A stretch of DNA of 24,646 nucleotides. It comes from a virus (Duplodnaviria > Caudoviricetes). Both the position numbers and the translations under genes were made by a program. The stretch is from positions 1 through 24,646 of IMG/VR virus record IMGVR_UViG_3300044723_000002; one strand, given 5' to 3'. The notes beneath the pieces are model-generated. The model saw nothing but the letters and a program-made list of their open reading frames with translations, ran no database searches and was not told the DNA's origin. Shown here in pieces: positions 1-8,392 of this stretch (its first letter is position 1; every line of letters begins with the position of its first letter).

Positions 1-1
1 T

Positions 2-160
2 TACATCCAAGACTTTCTAACTACAGAGGAGTACATAGGATACTTACGTGGTAACATCGCTAAGTACCTACACCGCTGGCGTTACAAGAATAAACAGGAA
101 GACTTGCTGAAAGCACAGTGGTACTTGGAACGATTGATACATCTACAGGGAAAGGAGTGA
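2..160 (+). CDS. DUF3310-family protein (T7 gp1.7-like putative nucleotide kinase), 3' part only
   Basis: Manual translation of frame 2: YIQDFLTTEEYIGYLRGNIAKYLHRWRYKNKQEDLLKAQWYLERLIHLQGKE*. The GNxxKYxxRxxxK...EDLxKAxWYL pattern is typical of DUF3310. Truncated by the window start and absent from the ORF track. Confidence 0.8.
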   Translation, partial: YIQDFLTTEEYIGYLRGNIAKYLHRWRYKNKQEDLLKAQWYLERLIHLQGKE

Positions 161-167
161 CGGTACA

Positions 168-353
168 ATGAGTACAGCAACACAGGCATCAGAAATTAAA
201 TTGTACAACGCAATGATCGAAAACAACCTTAGTGTAACTGAGGCAGTTGAGGCCATGAAAAGATACGCAAACGATAAAGAGTTTGAAGATGCACTTGACA
301 GGGTGTACAAAAATGATACATTACTAACGGATGAATGGGACGTTTGGTCCTAG
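168..353 (+). CDS. hypothetical protein, 61 aa
   Basis: AAGGAG RBS at ~152-157; fills the gap between the DUF3310 gene and the polymerase. Confidence 0.65.
   Translation: MSTATQASEIKLYNAMIENNLSVTEAVEAMKRYANDKEFEDALDRVYKNDTLLTDEWDVWS
295..322 (+). promoter_or_regulatory. putative sigma70 promoter for DNA polymerase
   Basis: TTGACA (295-300), 16-nt spacer containing TG at 314-315, then TACATT (317-322); ~45 nt upstream of the pol ATG. Confidence 0.5.
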
Positions 354-367
354 CAACAGGAGAATAT

Positions 368-2416
368 ATGAGACACCTAACACTTGACGTAGAAAATACA
401 ACGGTCAAACGCAATGGCAAGTTACACCTTGATCCGTTTGAGCCAGAGAATACGTTGGTGATGGTAGGTATGTTAGAAGACAACGGTGTAGAAACCATTG
501 TCACATTTGATCATGCAGACCATGCACCTACCCCCAATGGTCACCGCATTGTACAAGACGCACTAGACAATACGTCTTTGCTTATAGCACACAACGCACC
601 ACACGATCTTTTGTGGTTGTGGGAGTCAGGTTTTACCTATGATGGTAACGTATACGACACCATGCTTGGCGAGTACGTACTACAACGTGGACAGAAACAA
701 CCTCTGTCCCTTGAGGCTTGTGCAGAACGCTACGCTCTTGACACACAAAAGCAAGACACATTGAAGGAGTACTTTAAGAATGGATATTCCACACGTGATA
801 TTCCTCATGATGAATTATCGGAATATTTGTCACACGATCTACATGCAACTCAACAGTTGTACATTACTTTGCAGACCAAGTACGAGGGATGCACCTCCTT
901 AGTGCCAACCCTAGAGTTGACCAACCAGTTGGCTGTACACCTTGCACGTATATACCAACGTGGCTTCAAGGTTGACCTAGCTGCACTAGACAAAGTGCGT
1001 CAGGAGTTCGAGAGTGAACGCAACCTACTCAAGATTGCACTAGAGGAACAGGCAGCTGACTTGATGGGTGACAGACCTATCAACCTCAACAGCCCAGAGC
1101 AATTGTCTTGGGTGATCTACAGCCGTAAGCCACACGACAAGAAAGTATGGGCTGACTTGTTCGATGAACGTATGCCTGATGCAGAATACAAGCGCACAGT
1201 CAGCAGACACAGTGACAAGTTGTACAAGCAGAAAGCACACCAGTGCAGTACATGCAAGGGTAGTGGACAGATACGTAAACAAAAGAAGGATGGGACATTA
1301 TATGCTAGACCAAATAAATGCAGCAATTGTAACTCTGTTGGATATATCTTTAGTGATATGGGTAATAACATTGCTGGCCTAAAGTTCACACCACCTAACT
1401 CCAAGTGGGTTAGTGCTAACGGATTCGGTACAGGTAAAGACAACCTAATATTCTTGGAAGGTATTGCACGTTCACGTGGCATGAAAGAGGCAGAGACATT
1501 CCTACGTAATGTTCGTAGGCTCTCAGCCGTTGAGACATACCTCAGTAGTTTTGTTGAGGGTATCTCCAACCACATGAAGCCAGATGGTTTGTTGCATGTA
1601 CGTTTGTTACAGCATCGTACAGGTACAGGCCGACTATCGGGTGCAGACCCCAACATGCAGAACATGCCACGTGGCGGTACATTCCCCGTCAAGAAAGTGT
1701 TCGTGTCTCGCTGGGAGGGTGGCAAGATTATGGAAGCTGACTTCGCACAGCTTGAGTTTCGTGTCGCTGCATTCCTATCACAGGACAGGACAGCTATTGA
1801 CGAGGTTGTTACAGGCTTCGACGTACACAGTTATACTGCACAAGTTATCTCGGATGCAGGTCAACCTATGTCACGGCAAGAGGCCAAGGCACATACCTTT
1901 GCTCCTTTGTATGGGGCTAGTGGTTTCGGTAGATCAGAGGCAGAAGCGGCATACTACAAACAGTTTACGACAAAGTATGCAGGTGTTGCCAACTGGCACA
2001 AGAGCTTGGCTACTGAGGCACTCAACACTGGCATGATCACAACACCATCAGGTAGGGAGTTCTCCTTTCCCGATGTAACACGTAGACGGTATGGGGGTGT
2101 GACATATTTCACACAGATTAAAAATTATCCTGTACAATCGTTTGCAACTGCTGACATAGTACCAATATCTCTGATATACATTGATAAGTTACTAACGGCA
2201 AACAAGCTACGTAGCTGCGTAGTAAACACGGTGCATGACTCAATTGTAATTGACATACACCCAGAAGAAGAGGACATGGTACTACGTGTAATACAAGCTG
2301 CGAATGACAAGCTTATACCAATCGTCAATAGAAAGTGGGGTATTGATTTTAACATACCACTTCTACTTGAGGCAAAGATTGGTCCTAATTGGCTTGACAC
2401 AAAAGACGTAGCATGA
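368..2416 (+). CDS. polA: family A DNA polymerase (3'-5' exonuclease + polymerase) with DnaJ-like zinc-finger insertion
   Basis: Exo motifs LDVE, AHNAPHD, YLSHD; TGRLS; motif A ADFAQLEFR; motif B RQEAKAHTFAPLYG; motif C VHDS; CSTCKGSG...CSNCNSVG insertion. Start moved from 335 to ATG 368 (AGGAGA RBS at 358-363). Confidence 0.96.
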   Translation: MRHLTLDVENTTVKRNGKLHLDPFEPENTLVMVGMLEDNGVETIVTFDHADHAPTPNGHRIVQDALDNTSLLIAHNAPHDLLWLWESGFTYDGNVYDTMLGEYVLQRGQKQPLSLEACAERYALDTQKQDTLKEYFKNGYSTRDIPHDELSEYLSHDLHATQQLYITLQTKYEGCTSLVPTLELTNQLAVHLARIYQRGFKVDLAALDKVRQEFESERNLLKIALEEQAADLMGDRPINLNSPEQLSWVIYSRKPHDKKVWADLFDERMPDAEYKRTVSRHSDKLYKQKAHQCSTCKGSGQIRKQKKDGTLYARPNKCSNCNSVGYIFSDMGNNIAGLKFTPPNSKWVSANGFGTGKDNLIFLEGIARSRGMKEAETFLRNVRRLSAVETYLSSFVEGISNHMKPDGLLHVRLLQHRTGTGRLSGADPNMQNMPRGGTFPVKKVFVSRWEGGKIMEADFAQLEFRVAAFLSQDRTAIDEVVTGFDVHSYTAQVISDAGQPMSRQEAKAHTFAPLYGASGFGRSEAEAAYYKQFTTKYAGVANWHKSLATEALNTGMITTPSGREFSFPDVTRRRYGGVTYFTQIKNYPVQSFATADIVPISLIYIDKLLTANKLRSCVVNTVHDSIVIDIHPEEEDMVLRVIQAANDKLIPIVNRKWGIDFNIPLLLEAKIGPNWLDTKDVA

Positions 2417-2422
2417 TATAAC
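2394..2422 (+). promoter_or_regulatory. sigma70 promoter upstream of the SSB-like gene
   Basis: TTGACA (2394-2399), 17 nt, TATAAC (2417-2422) with extended -10 TG; followed by an AAGGAG RBS before ATG 2455. Confidence 0.75.
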
Positions 2423-2454
2423 TAACTTTCGCTTTATCAAAAGGAGACTACAAT

Positions 2455-3348
2455 ATGAATGAAGTAGCAACAATCGACACCAACAACTTCTCTGCAATGG
2501 CAAAGGCTATGGGCATGGAGGCAGAAGCACCAAAGGCAAGCAGCAAAGCAAGCACACTTGCACGGTTACGTATCCACCACACACCTATCATGGGCCAGCA
2601 AGAGGTCAATGGTAAGATGAAGAACGTAGAGGTCATCGGTGGTGGTACATACAAACTAGAAATTCCTGATGGACCTACGTACTATGCAGAGGGTGCAAAC
2701 ATCCGCCCATTCTTGCAGCGTTTCATGTACAAGAAGTTCATCAAGGGCAACGACAACACAGCTAACCGCTTCGTCAAGACCGTCATGGCTACCGATCTTA
2801 ACGGTGACATGAAGGACAATGACGGTGGCTTCAACTGTGGTAAACCCGCTGGTTTTATCAAAGACTGGGCGGCACTACCGGACAACATGAAAGACCTTAT
2901 CAAGTCTATCAAACGTGTCCGTGCAATCTTTGGTACTGTGGAGTTAATCAACCCTACAGATGCAGATGGCAATGCGGTAGATGTAGAAGTGACACCATTC
3001 ATCTGGGAAGTAGACAACCGTGATGCCTTCAAGACTATGGGCGAACAGTTTGTCAAGCTGACCAAGATGCGTAGGTTACCACCTCAACACAACATCAACT
3101 GTACAACACGTGAAGTACCACTACCAAATGGTAGCAGCTTCTATGTACCAAACGCTGACCTTGATCTGGGTAACACGTTAGAGATGGACAATGTTACACA
3201 GGAAATATTCGGTAACTTCATGGCGTGGATTCAGAACTACAACACATACATTCTGAATACATGGGATGAGAATATGCACAAGAACGAAGACGTTGATGTA
3301 GATACGGTGGAAGCATTCGTTGACATCAGCGAAGAGGACTTTGCATAA
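2455..3348 (+). CDS. putative single-stranded DNA-binding protein
   Basis: Lies between polymerase and exonuclease; strong RBS and own promoter; acidic C-terminal tail with a penultimate aromatic residue (EDVDVDTVEAFVDISEEDFA), reminiscent of T7 gp2.5. Function is inferred. Confidence 0.6.
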   Translation: MNEVATIDTNNFSAMAKAMGMEAEAPKASSKASTLARLRIHHTPIMGQQEVNGKMKNVEVIGGGTYKLEIPDGPTYYAEGANIRPFLQRFMYKKFIKGNDNTANRFVKTVMATDLNGDMKDNDGGFNCGKPAGFIKDWAALPDNMKDLIKSIKRVRAIFGTVELINPTDADGNAVDVEVTPFIWEVDNRDAFKTMGEQFVKLTKMRRLPPQHNINCTTREVPLPNGSSFYVPNADLDLGNTLEMDNVTQEIFGNFMAWIQNYNTYILNTWDENMHKNEDVDVDTVEAFVDISEEDFA

Positions 3349-4196
3349 TGAATCATCCTGCTGAACTGGCGATCAATCAGTATCTGGAAGATGCTACATC
3401 CGGTAAGTCAACAATGTCCGAAGAGACTATTGAACAAGTTGGCAAGGATGTAATGGATGCTATGCGCCGCCAGTTCGGTAGTGGCAAAGGGCGTGACGAG
3501 TTTCGTTTACGTATGTCTAACATTGGTAAACCTACTTGCCAACTCTGGTTCGCTAAGAATGAGCCAGAGAAAGCCCTACCACTGCCGACCACATTTGTAA
3601 TGAACATGCTACTAGGTGACATCGTTGAAGCTGCATTCAAAGGTATACTCAAAGAAGCCAAGGTTGATTACAACGATGAAGATAACTTCGTTACACTAGA
3701 GCTAGGGGAACACAAGATCAAAGGCAGCTACGACTTGGTTATGGATGGTGCAGTAGATGACGTTAAGTCTGCATCTGACTGGTCATACCGAAACAAGTTT
3801 GAATCCTTTGACACACTAAAGAAGAGTGATCCATTTGGTTACGTAGGACAGTTAGCTGGCTACGCCAAAGCCTCTGGTAAAAAGGTAGGTGGCTGGTGGG
3901 TTGTCAACAAAGCCAATGGCAACATCAAGTATGTACCTGCAGATGGTATGGACTTGCAAGAAGAACTGGACAAGCTGGAGAGTAACATTGAAACGGTAAA
4001 CGCTAACGAGTTCAAGCGTTGCTTCAGCCCTGTACCGGAAACCTTTAGAGGTAAACCATCTGGTAACTTGGTACTCAATGACAGCTGCAAGTTCTGTGAC
4101 TATCGCTTCTCTTGCTACGACATTGAGGAGCTACCATCAAAGGTATCACAGGCACGTACTAAACCCATTGTGGCGTACATCAAATCGGGAGACTAA
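3348..4196 (+). CDS. Cas4/RecB-like PD-(D/E)xK exonuclease with probable Fe-S cluster
   Basis: RMSNIGKPTC, GSYD...DDVKS, QLAGY motifs and C-terminal CKFCDYRFSC; TAATG coupling to the upstream gene. Confidence 0.8.
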   Translation: MNHPAELAINQYLEDATSGKSTMSEETIEQVGKDVMDAMRRQFGSGKGRDEFRLRMSNIGKPTCQLWFAKNEPEKALPLPTTFVMNMLLGDIVEAAFKGILKEAKVDYNDEDNFVTLELGEHKIKGSYDLVMDGAVDDVKSASDWSYRNKFESFDTLKKSDPFGYVGQLAGYAKASGKKVGGWWVVNKANGNIKYVPADGMDLQEELDKLESNIETVNANEFKRCFSPVPETFRGKPSGNLVLNDSCKFCDYRFSCYDIEELPSKVSQARTKPIVAYIKSGD

Positions 4197-4197
4197 C

Positions 4198-4659
4198 ATG
4201 AAGGCATCTCAATTTGCTGCCGCAATGAAGCACGGGTATAGGAGTGGTCTTGAACTTCGCACAAAAGAATACCTTGTAGAACACAAAGTAAAGTTTAAAT
4301 ATGAAAAGGTAAAGATAGAGTGGGAAGACCTCATGTACCGTACTTATACTCCAGACTTTGTACTGGGTAACGGCATCATGATTGAGACAAAGGGGTTGTT
4401 TACGGCTGACGACAGACGGAAACATTTAGCTGTTAAGGAGCAGCACCCTAAGCTGGATATACGATTTGTATTTACCAGTAGTAAACGTAAGTTAAGCAAG
4501 GGTGCTAAAACTACCTATGGACAATGGTGTGAAAAGAATGGTATACAATATAGTGACCGCATCATTCCAGAAGATTGGTTGCATGAGAAGGGCAAGGACA
4601 TGCACCCGGCATTAATACACTGCCCGTACAAGAAAGTTAAAAGGAGACAGAAAAAATGA
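4198..4659 (+). CDS. phage endonuclease I (T7 gp3-like Holliday junction resolvase)
   Basis: YRSGLE, YTPDF, IETKG, DRRKH, DIRFVF, TYGQWC motifs. Start moved from 4078 to ATG 4198 (GGGAG RBS). Confidence 0.9.
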   Translation: MKASQFAAAMKHGYRSGLELRTKEYLVEHKVKFKYEKVKIEWEDLMYRTYTPDFVLGNGIMIETKGLFTADDRRKHLAVKEQHPKLDIRFVFTSSKRKLSKGAKTTYGQWCEKNGIQYSDRIIPEDWLHEKGKDMHPALIHCPYKKVKRRQKK

Positions 4660-4994
4660 ATGAGGATGAAAACCTTCCCGTGTTCGTAGACTTTGACGCC
4701 AATGATTACATCATTCGTTTGTCTCCGTTCTTGGATGAACAAGGTAACTGGACAGGGGAGTTGCTAGTTGGTAGCGTTACAACTGGAGAAAACAACATGT
4801 CAGACGAAGATCACTACAGTCTCATGAAGCTATCACAGCTTGTGTGTGCTGCAGTACCAGCGTTGGAGGAACACGAAAGTGTACGTACTATCCTGTCAAG
4901 CATTGCGGAAGACATTTCGTATGAAGAAGTAGAAGAAGAAATTACACCAAAGATTAAAGAGGTAGAAGAAAATGTCATACGTGTTAACTTTTAA
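4656..4994 (+). CDS. hypothetical acidic protein, 112 aa
   Basis: ATGA overlap with endonuclease I; AAGGAG RBS. Confidence 0.75.
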   Translation: MNEDENLPVFVDFDANDYIIRLSPFLDEQGNWTGELLVGSVTTGENNMSDEDHYSLMKLSQLVCAAVPALEEHESVRTILSSIAEDISYEEVEEEITPKIKEVEENVIRVNF

Positions 4995-5011
4995 TACTAA
5001 GGAGTATTGAT

Positions 5012-5170
5012 ATGATAGTTAAAGTATTCCTCACACTTGACATAGATGAAGAAGACTATCCAATGCCAACAGACGGAGCCGTTACGGAAGAAGTAGAGAG
5101 TGTACTACACGAGCTTATCTTTGACGTAGATGGGTGGAACATTAAAACAGTAAAAACAATATCGGAGTAA
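5012..5170 (+). CDS. small acidic hypothetical protein, 52 aa (missing from ORF track)
   Basis: TAAGGAG RBS at 4998-5004; MIVKVFLTLDIDEEDYPMPTDGAVTEEVESVLHELIFDVDGWNIKTVKTISE*; fills the gap before nrdJ. Confidence 0.75.
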   Translation: MIVKVFLTLDIDEEDYPMPTDGAVTEEVESVLHELIFDVDGWNIKTVKTISE

Positions 5171-5176
5171 TGTAAT

Positions 5177-7078
5177 ATGAGCAATCAATTACCAACAGAC
5201 TATCAAGCATTCATCCACAAATCACGCTACGCTAAGTACTTTGATGGCAAGGGGCGTGAGTCATGGGGTGAAACAGTAGGCCGCTATATGGATAATGTAG
5301 TACGCCGTGCAGTTAAAGTAGATAATAGTTATATTGACAGCATTGAGCAAGCTATCCTTGGTCAAGAGATCATGCCATCTATGCGAGCTATGATGACTGC
5401 AGGTCCAGCCCTAGACCGTGACAACACGGCAGGGTACAACTGTAGTTACTTGCCTGTCGATGACCCCAAATCATTCGATGAGGCTATGTACATCCTTCTC
5501 TGTGGCACTGGCGTAGGGTTCAGTGTAGAGCGGCAGTTCATCAGCAAGCTTCCAGAAGTGCCAGAGTTGTTCCAGAGTGAGTCTGTCGTTGTCGTTAAGG
5601 ACAGTAAGGAAGGTTGGGCTAAAGGGTTCCGTCAAGTTCTTGCTCTCCTATGGGCTGGTGAAATCCCTAAGTGGGATGTGTCACAGGTTCGTCCTGCAGG
5701 TGCAAGACTAAAAACATTCGGCGGTAGGGCATCAGGCCCAGCACCTCTTGTAGAGTTGTTTAACTTCGCTGTGTCTACGTTCAAGGCTGCACAAGGACGT
5801 AAGCTATCCTCTATGGAATGTCACGACTTGATGTGCTTTATTGGTCAGATCGTTGTTGTAGGTGGTGTGCGCCGCTCTGCTATGATCTCACTGTCTAACC
5901 TGTCAGATGACCGTATGCGTCACGCTAAGTCAGGTCAGTGGTGGGAGACAGCGGGTCACCGTGCCTTGGCTAACAACTCCGTAGCGTACACAGAAAAGCC
6001 AGACATGGAAACATTTATGCGTGAGTGGTTGTCTTTGGTTGAATCAAAGTCCGGTGAACGTGGTATCTTCAACCGTGAAGCATCCAAGAAGCAAGCAGCT
6101 AAGTTTGGTAGACGTGATCCTAACTACGAGTTCGGTACAAACCCTTGTTCGGAAATAATTTTACGCCCATATCAGTTTTGCAACCTAACGGAGTGTGTTG
6201 TACGAGCAACGGATACACTGGCTGACCTTGAGCGTAAGGTTAAACTTGCTACTATCTTGGGTACGATCCAGTCTACCATGATTAAGTTCCCCTACCTACG
6301 TAAGGTATGGCAGAACAATACCGCAGAAGAGCGGTTGCTTGGTGTGTCTATGACTGGTATTATGGACAACCCACTTATGACTAACTCTAACAAAGGATTG
6401 GATAAGACCCTTGAGCATTTACGTTCTATCGCTGTCGCTACTAACGCTGAGTGGGCTGACCTGCTTGGCATCCCTGCTTCTGCTAGTATCAGCTGCGTTA
6501 AACCTTCCGGTACGGTATCACAGTTGGTTGACTCTGCTTCTGGTATTCATGCTCGTCACAGCCCCTATTATATTCGGACTGTCCGTGGCGATAACAAAGA
6601 CCCTCTGACAAACTTCATGATTGACCAAGGCATTCCTAATGAGCCTTGTGTTATGAAGCCTGACTCCACTGTGGTGTTTAGCTTCCCTGTTATGTCACCC
6701 ACACAGGCAGTCACACGCAACGATATGACAGCCGTAGAGCAGCTTCAGCTGTGGTTGACCTATCAGCGCCACTGGTGCGAACATAAGCCATCCGTGACTA
6801 TCTCAGTACGTGACGGTGAGTGGATGGAAGTGGGTGCATTTGTGTACAAACACTTCGATGAGATGTCAGGTGTGTCATTCTTGCCACACTCAGATCATAC
6901 TTACCAGCAAGCACCCTATCAGGACTGCACTAAAGAAGAGTATGAAGAGATGCTTACCAAGATGCCTACCAGCATTGATTGGGAACTTCTTAATGAATAC
7001 GAAAACGAAGACAACACAGTGTCTATGCAGACAATGGCTTGCTCCGGTGACAGTTGTGAAATAGTAGACCTAGTGTAA
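5177..7078 (+). CDS. nrdJ: class II (adenosylcobalamin-dependent) ribonucleotide reductase
   Basis: MPSMR, YNCS, GTGVGFS, VGGVRRSA, catalytic NPCSE, KPSGT and C-terminal CSGDSC cysteine pair; no beta-subunit gene adjacent; 633 aa. Confidence 0.9.
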   Translation: MSNQLPTDYQAFIHKSRYAKYFDGKGRESWGETVGRYMDNVVRRAVKVDNSYIDSIEQAILGQEIMPSMRAMMTAGPALDRDNTAGYNCSYLPVDDPKSFDEAMYILLCGTGVGFSVERQFISKLPEVPELFQSESVVVVKDSKEGWAKGFRQVLALLWAGEIPKWDVSQVRPAGARLKTFGGRASGPAPLVELFNFAVSTFKAAQGRKLSSMECHDLMCFIGQIVVVGGVRRSAMISLSNLSDDRMRHAKSGQWWETAGHRALANNSVAYTEKPDMETFMREWLSLVESKSGERGIFNREASKKQAAKFGRRDPNYEFGTNPCSEIILRPYQFCNLTECVVRATDTLADLERKVKLATILGTIQSTMIKFPYLRKVWQNNTAEERLLGVSMTGIMDNPLMTNSNKGLDKTLEHLRSIAVATNAEWADLLGIPASASISCVKPSGTVSQLVDSASGIHARHSPYYIRTVRGDNKDPLTNFMIDQGIPNEPCVMKPDSTVVFSFPVMSPTQAVTRNDMTAVEQLQLWLTYQRHWCEHKPSVTISVRDGEWMEVGAFVYKHFDEMSGVSFLPHSDHTYQQAPYQDCTKEEYEEMLTKMPTSIDWELLNEYENEDNTVSMQTMACSGDSCEIVDLV

Positions 7079-7305
7079 TGTGGGTCATACTAGGAAGGAA
7101 ACAGTGCAACTTCTGTGATAGTGCGAAAGCACTATTGCAGGGTGCAAATAAACAGTACACTTACTATACTTTAGATGATCCAAGTAGTAAATGGCTGTTG
7201 ACATTAATTAGGAAGGCGGGGTATACTACCGTTCCACAGATATTTGACAGAAAAGGAAACCACGTAGGCGGATACACAGAACTTAAACAGTACTTAGAGG
7301 AGTAG
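7078..7305 (+). CDS. grx: glutaredoxin
   Basis: CNFC active site, TVPQIF and GGY motifs; TAATG-coupled to nrdJ. Confidence 0.92.
   Translation: MWVILGRKQCNFCDSAKALLQGANKQYTYYTLDDPSSKWLLTLIRKAGYTTVPQIFDRKGNHVGGYTELKQYLEE
7198..7227 (+). promoter_or_regulatory. putative sigma70 promoter inside grx, driving 7311-8337
   Basis: TTGACA (7198-7203), 18 nt, TATACT (7222-7227). Confidence 0.55.
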
Positions 7306-7310
7306 CACAA

Positions 7311-7751
7311 ATGGCAGCATACAGAAAACCTTTCTCAAAGAATCTTTATGGCAAGTACGATGGTGTAGCCAAGGATACACTAATCAATCACCTACTCAAG
7401 GATGGTCATATACTGGTAGACAGTACTGAATCCTATGATGCTGACGTAGTGACAGAGAAGCTAGGTGAGAAACACTACAGCGAAGCGGAAGTAAAGACTG
7501 CGTGGAAAGGTGACTGGCCTACCAATTGGGCTGAGATACGCATACCAGAGCGTAAAAAGAAACTACTGTCAAAGCACGGCAACAATCTGAAGTTCTACAT
7601 CTTCAGTGGCGACATGACTAAAGCATGGTGCATTGACAGTAGCCTACTGACGGATGACAAACTACGTGAGGCACGAGGACGTAACATCTACGAAGGGGAA
7701 CAATTTTACCACGTACCATACAAAGAGGCAGAGTTAATCAACGTAGCATAA
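7311..7751 (+). CDS. hypothetical protein, possible PD-(D/E)xK nuclease fold
   Basis: GAGGAG RBS; YDAD...EAEVK resembles the restriction-like D...(D/E)xK core. Function is inferred. Confidence 0.6.
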   Translation: MAAYRKPFSKNLYGKYDGVAKDTLINHLLKDGHILVDSTESYDADVVTEKLGEKHYSEAEVKTAWKGDWPTNWAEIRIPERKKKLLSKHGNNLKFYIFSGDMTKAWCIDSSLLTDDKLREARGRNIYEGEQFYHVPYKEAELINVA

Positions 7752-7763
7752 GGAGTAATACTT

Positions 7764-8015
7764 ATGAAAAATCTTACAAGACAACAGCGTGGCTTGGGTA
7801 AATACGATGCACCTCTAAGGGTACAGCAGACAATGGGTTACAATAGTTTTAAAAGAGGTGACCATGTTAACCCGTATCCTTTGGATACTATGCAGTACCG
7901 TGAGTGGAATAGGGGCTACAACAAAGCTTACTATGACAATTTAAACTGGGTAAAGAAGTATGAATCTAAAACAAGAGGCAGAACAATTTTTAAAGGAGAA
8001 GTACAGCATGTCTGA
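7764..8015 (+). CDS. small basic protein with RMF (ribosome modulation factor)-like motif
   Basis: TAAGGAG RBS; GYNSFKRG-x3-NPY-x6-YREWNRGYNKA resembles the RMF pattern GYxAGxxG...CPY...RxxWLGGW. Confidence 0.55.
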   Translation: MKNLTRQQRGLGKYDAPLRVQQTMGYNSFKRGDHVNPYPLDTMQYREWNRGYNKAYYDNLNWVKKYESKTRGRTIFKGEVQHV

Positions 8016-8337
8016 TTTTAATTCCTACCAACGTAGTGCATCCGAAACTGCCATCTATCCAGATGAGCATCGTATACTGTACCCTGCACTAGGACTTGCA
8101 GGTGAAGCAGGTGAGGTAGCCAACAAAGTAAAGAAGCTTGTACGTGATGGGCCTGACAATAGGCCAGATGACTGGCGAGAACAGATTGCCAGTGAGATAG
8201 GTGATGTGTTGTGGTACTGTGCTGCACTTGCTACTGACCTCAACCTTACTCTAGGCATGATTGCAAGTCAGAATGAAATGAAACTGTCTAGGCGAAAAGA
8301 ACAGGGTACAATTGGTGGTAGTGGCGACACACGATAG
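8008..8337 (+). CDS. mazG: MazG-like nucleoside triphosphate pyrophosphohydrolase
   Basis: LGLAGEAGEVANKVKK and EIGDVLWY motifs. ATG 8008 has AAGGAG at 7993-7998; an alternative in-frame start at 7960 is possible. Confidence 0.9.
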   Translation: MSDFNSYQRSASETAIYPDEHRILYPALGLAGEAGEVANKVKKLVRDGPDNRPDDWREQIASEIGDVLWYCAALATDLNLTLGMIASQNEMKLSRRKEQGTIGGSGDTR

Positions 8338-8360
8338 TGTAACGAAGTTAGCTATAGACA

Positions 8361-8392
8361 AAATTAAAGGGGGCTTAATTGCCCCCTCTTTT
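8361..8392. terminator. bidirectional intrinsic terminator between convergent arms
   Basis: AGGGGGC-TTAATT-GCCCCCT hairpin (8368-8387), followed by CTTTT on + and an A/T-rich tract on -. Confidence 0.85.

Noticed and set aside
335-367. ORF-track start of the polymerase at 335 (likewise 4078 for endonuclease I and 22247 for the adaptor)
   Set aside because: Downstream ATGs at 368, 4198 and 22229 have RBSs and avoid long overlaps.
1117-1725. 202-aa antisense ORF within the polymerase, and similar shadow ORFs (2682-3065, 3377-3661, 9240-9680, 10921-11373, 16704-17078, 22205-22603)
   Set aside because: They lie wholly or almost wholly over well-supported genes, lack recognisable motifs, and are expected from codon bias of the real strand.
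3348-4196. CRISPR-Cas system implied by the Cas4-like gene
   Set aside because: No repeat-spacer array or other cas genes seen in the window.
5177-7078. Intein or intron in RNR or polymerase
   Set aside because: Both frames are continuous with ordinary lengths and no splicing or homing-endonuclease motifs; the only insertion is the zinc-finger region.
5037-7660. Additional TTGACA hexamers at ~5037, 5334, 7244 and 7633
   Set aside because: No credible -10 element at 16-18 nt spacing.
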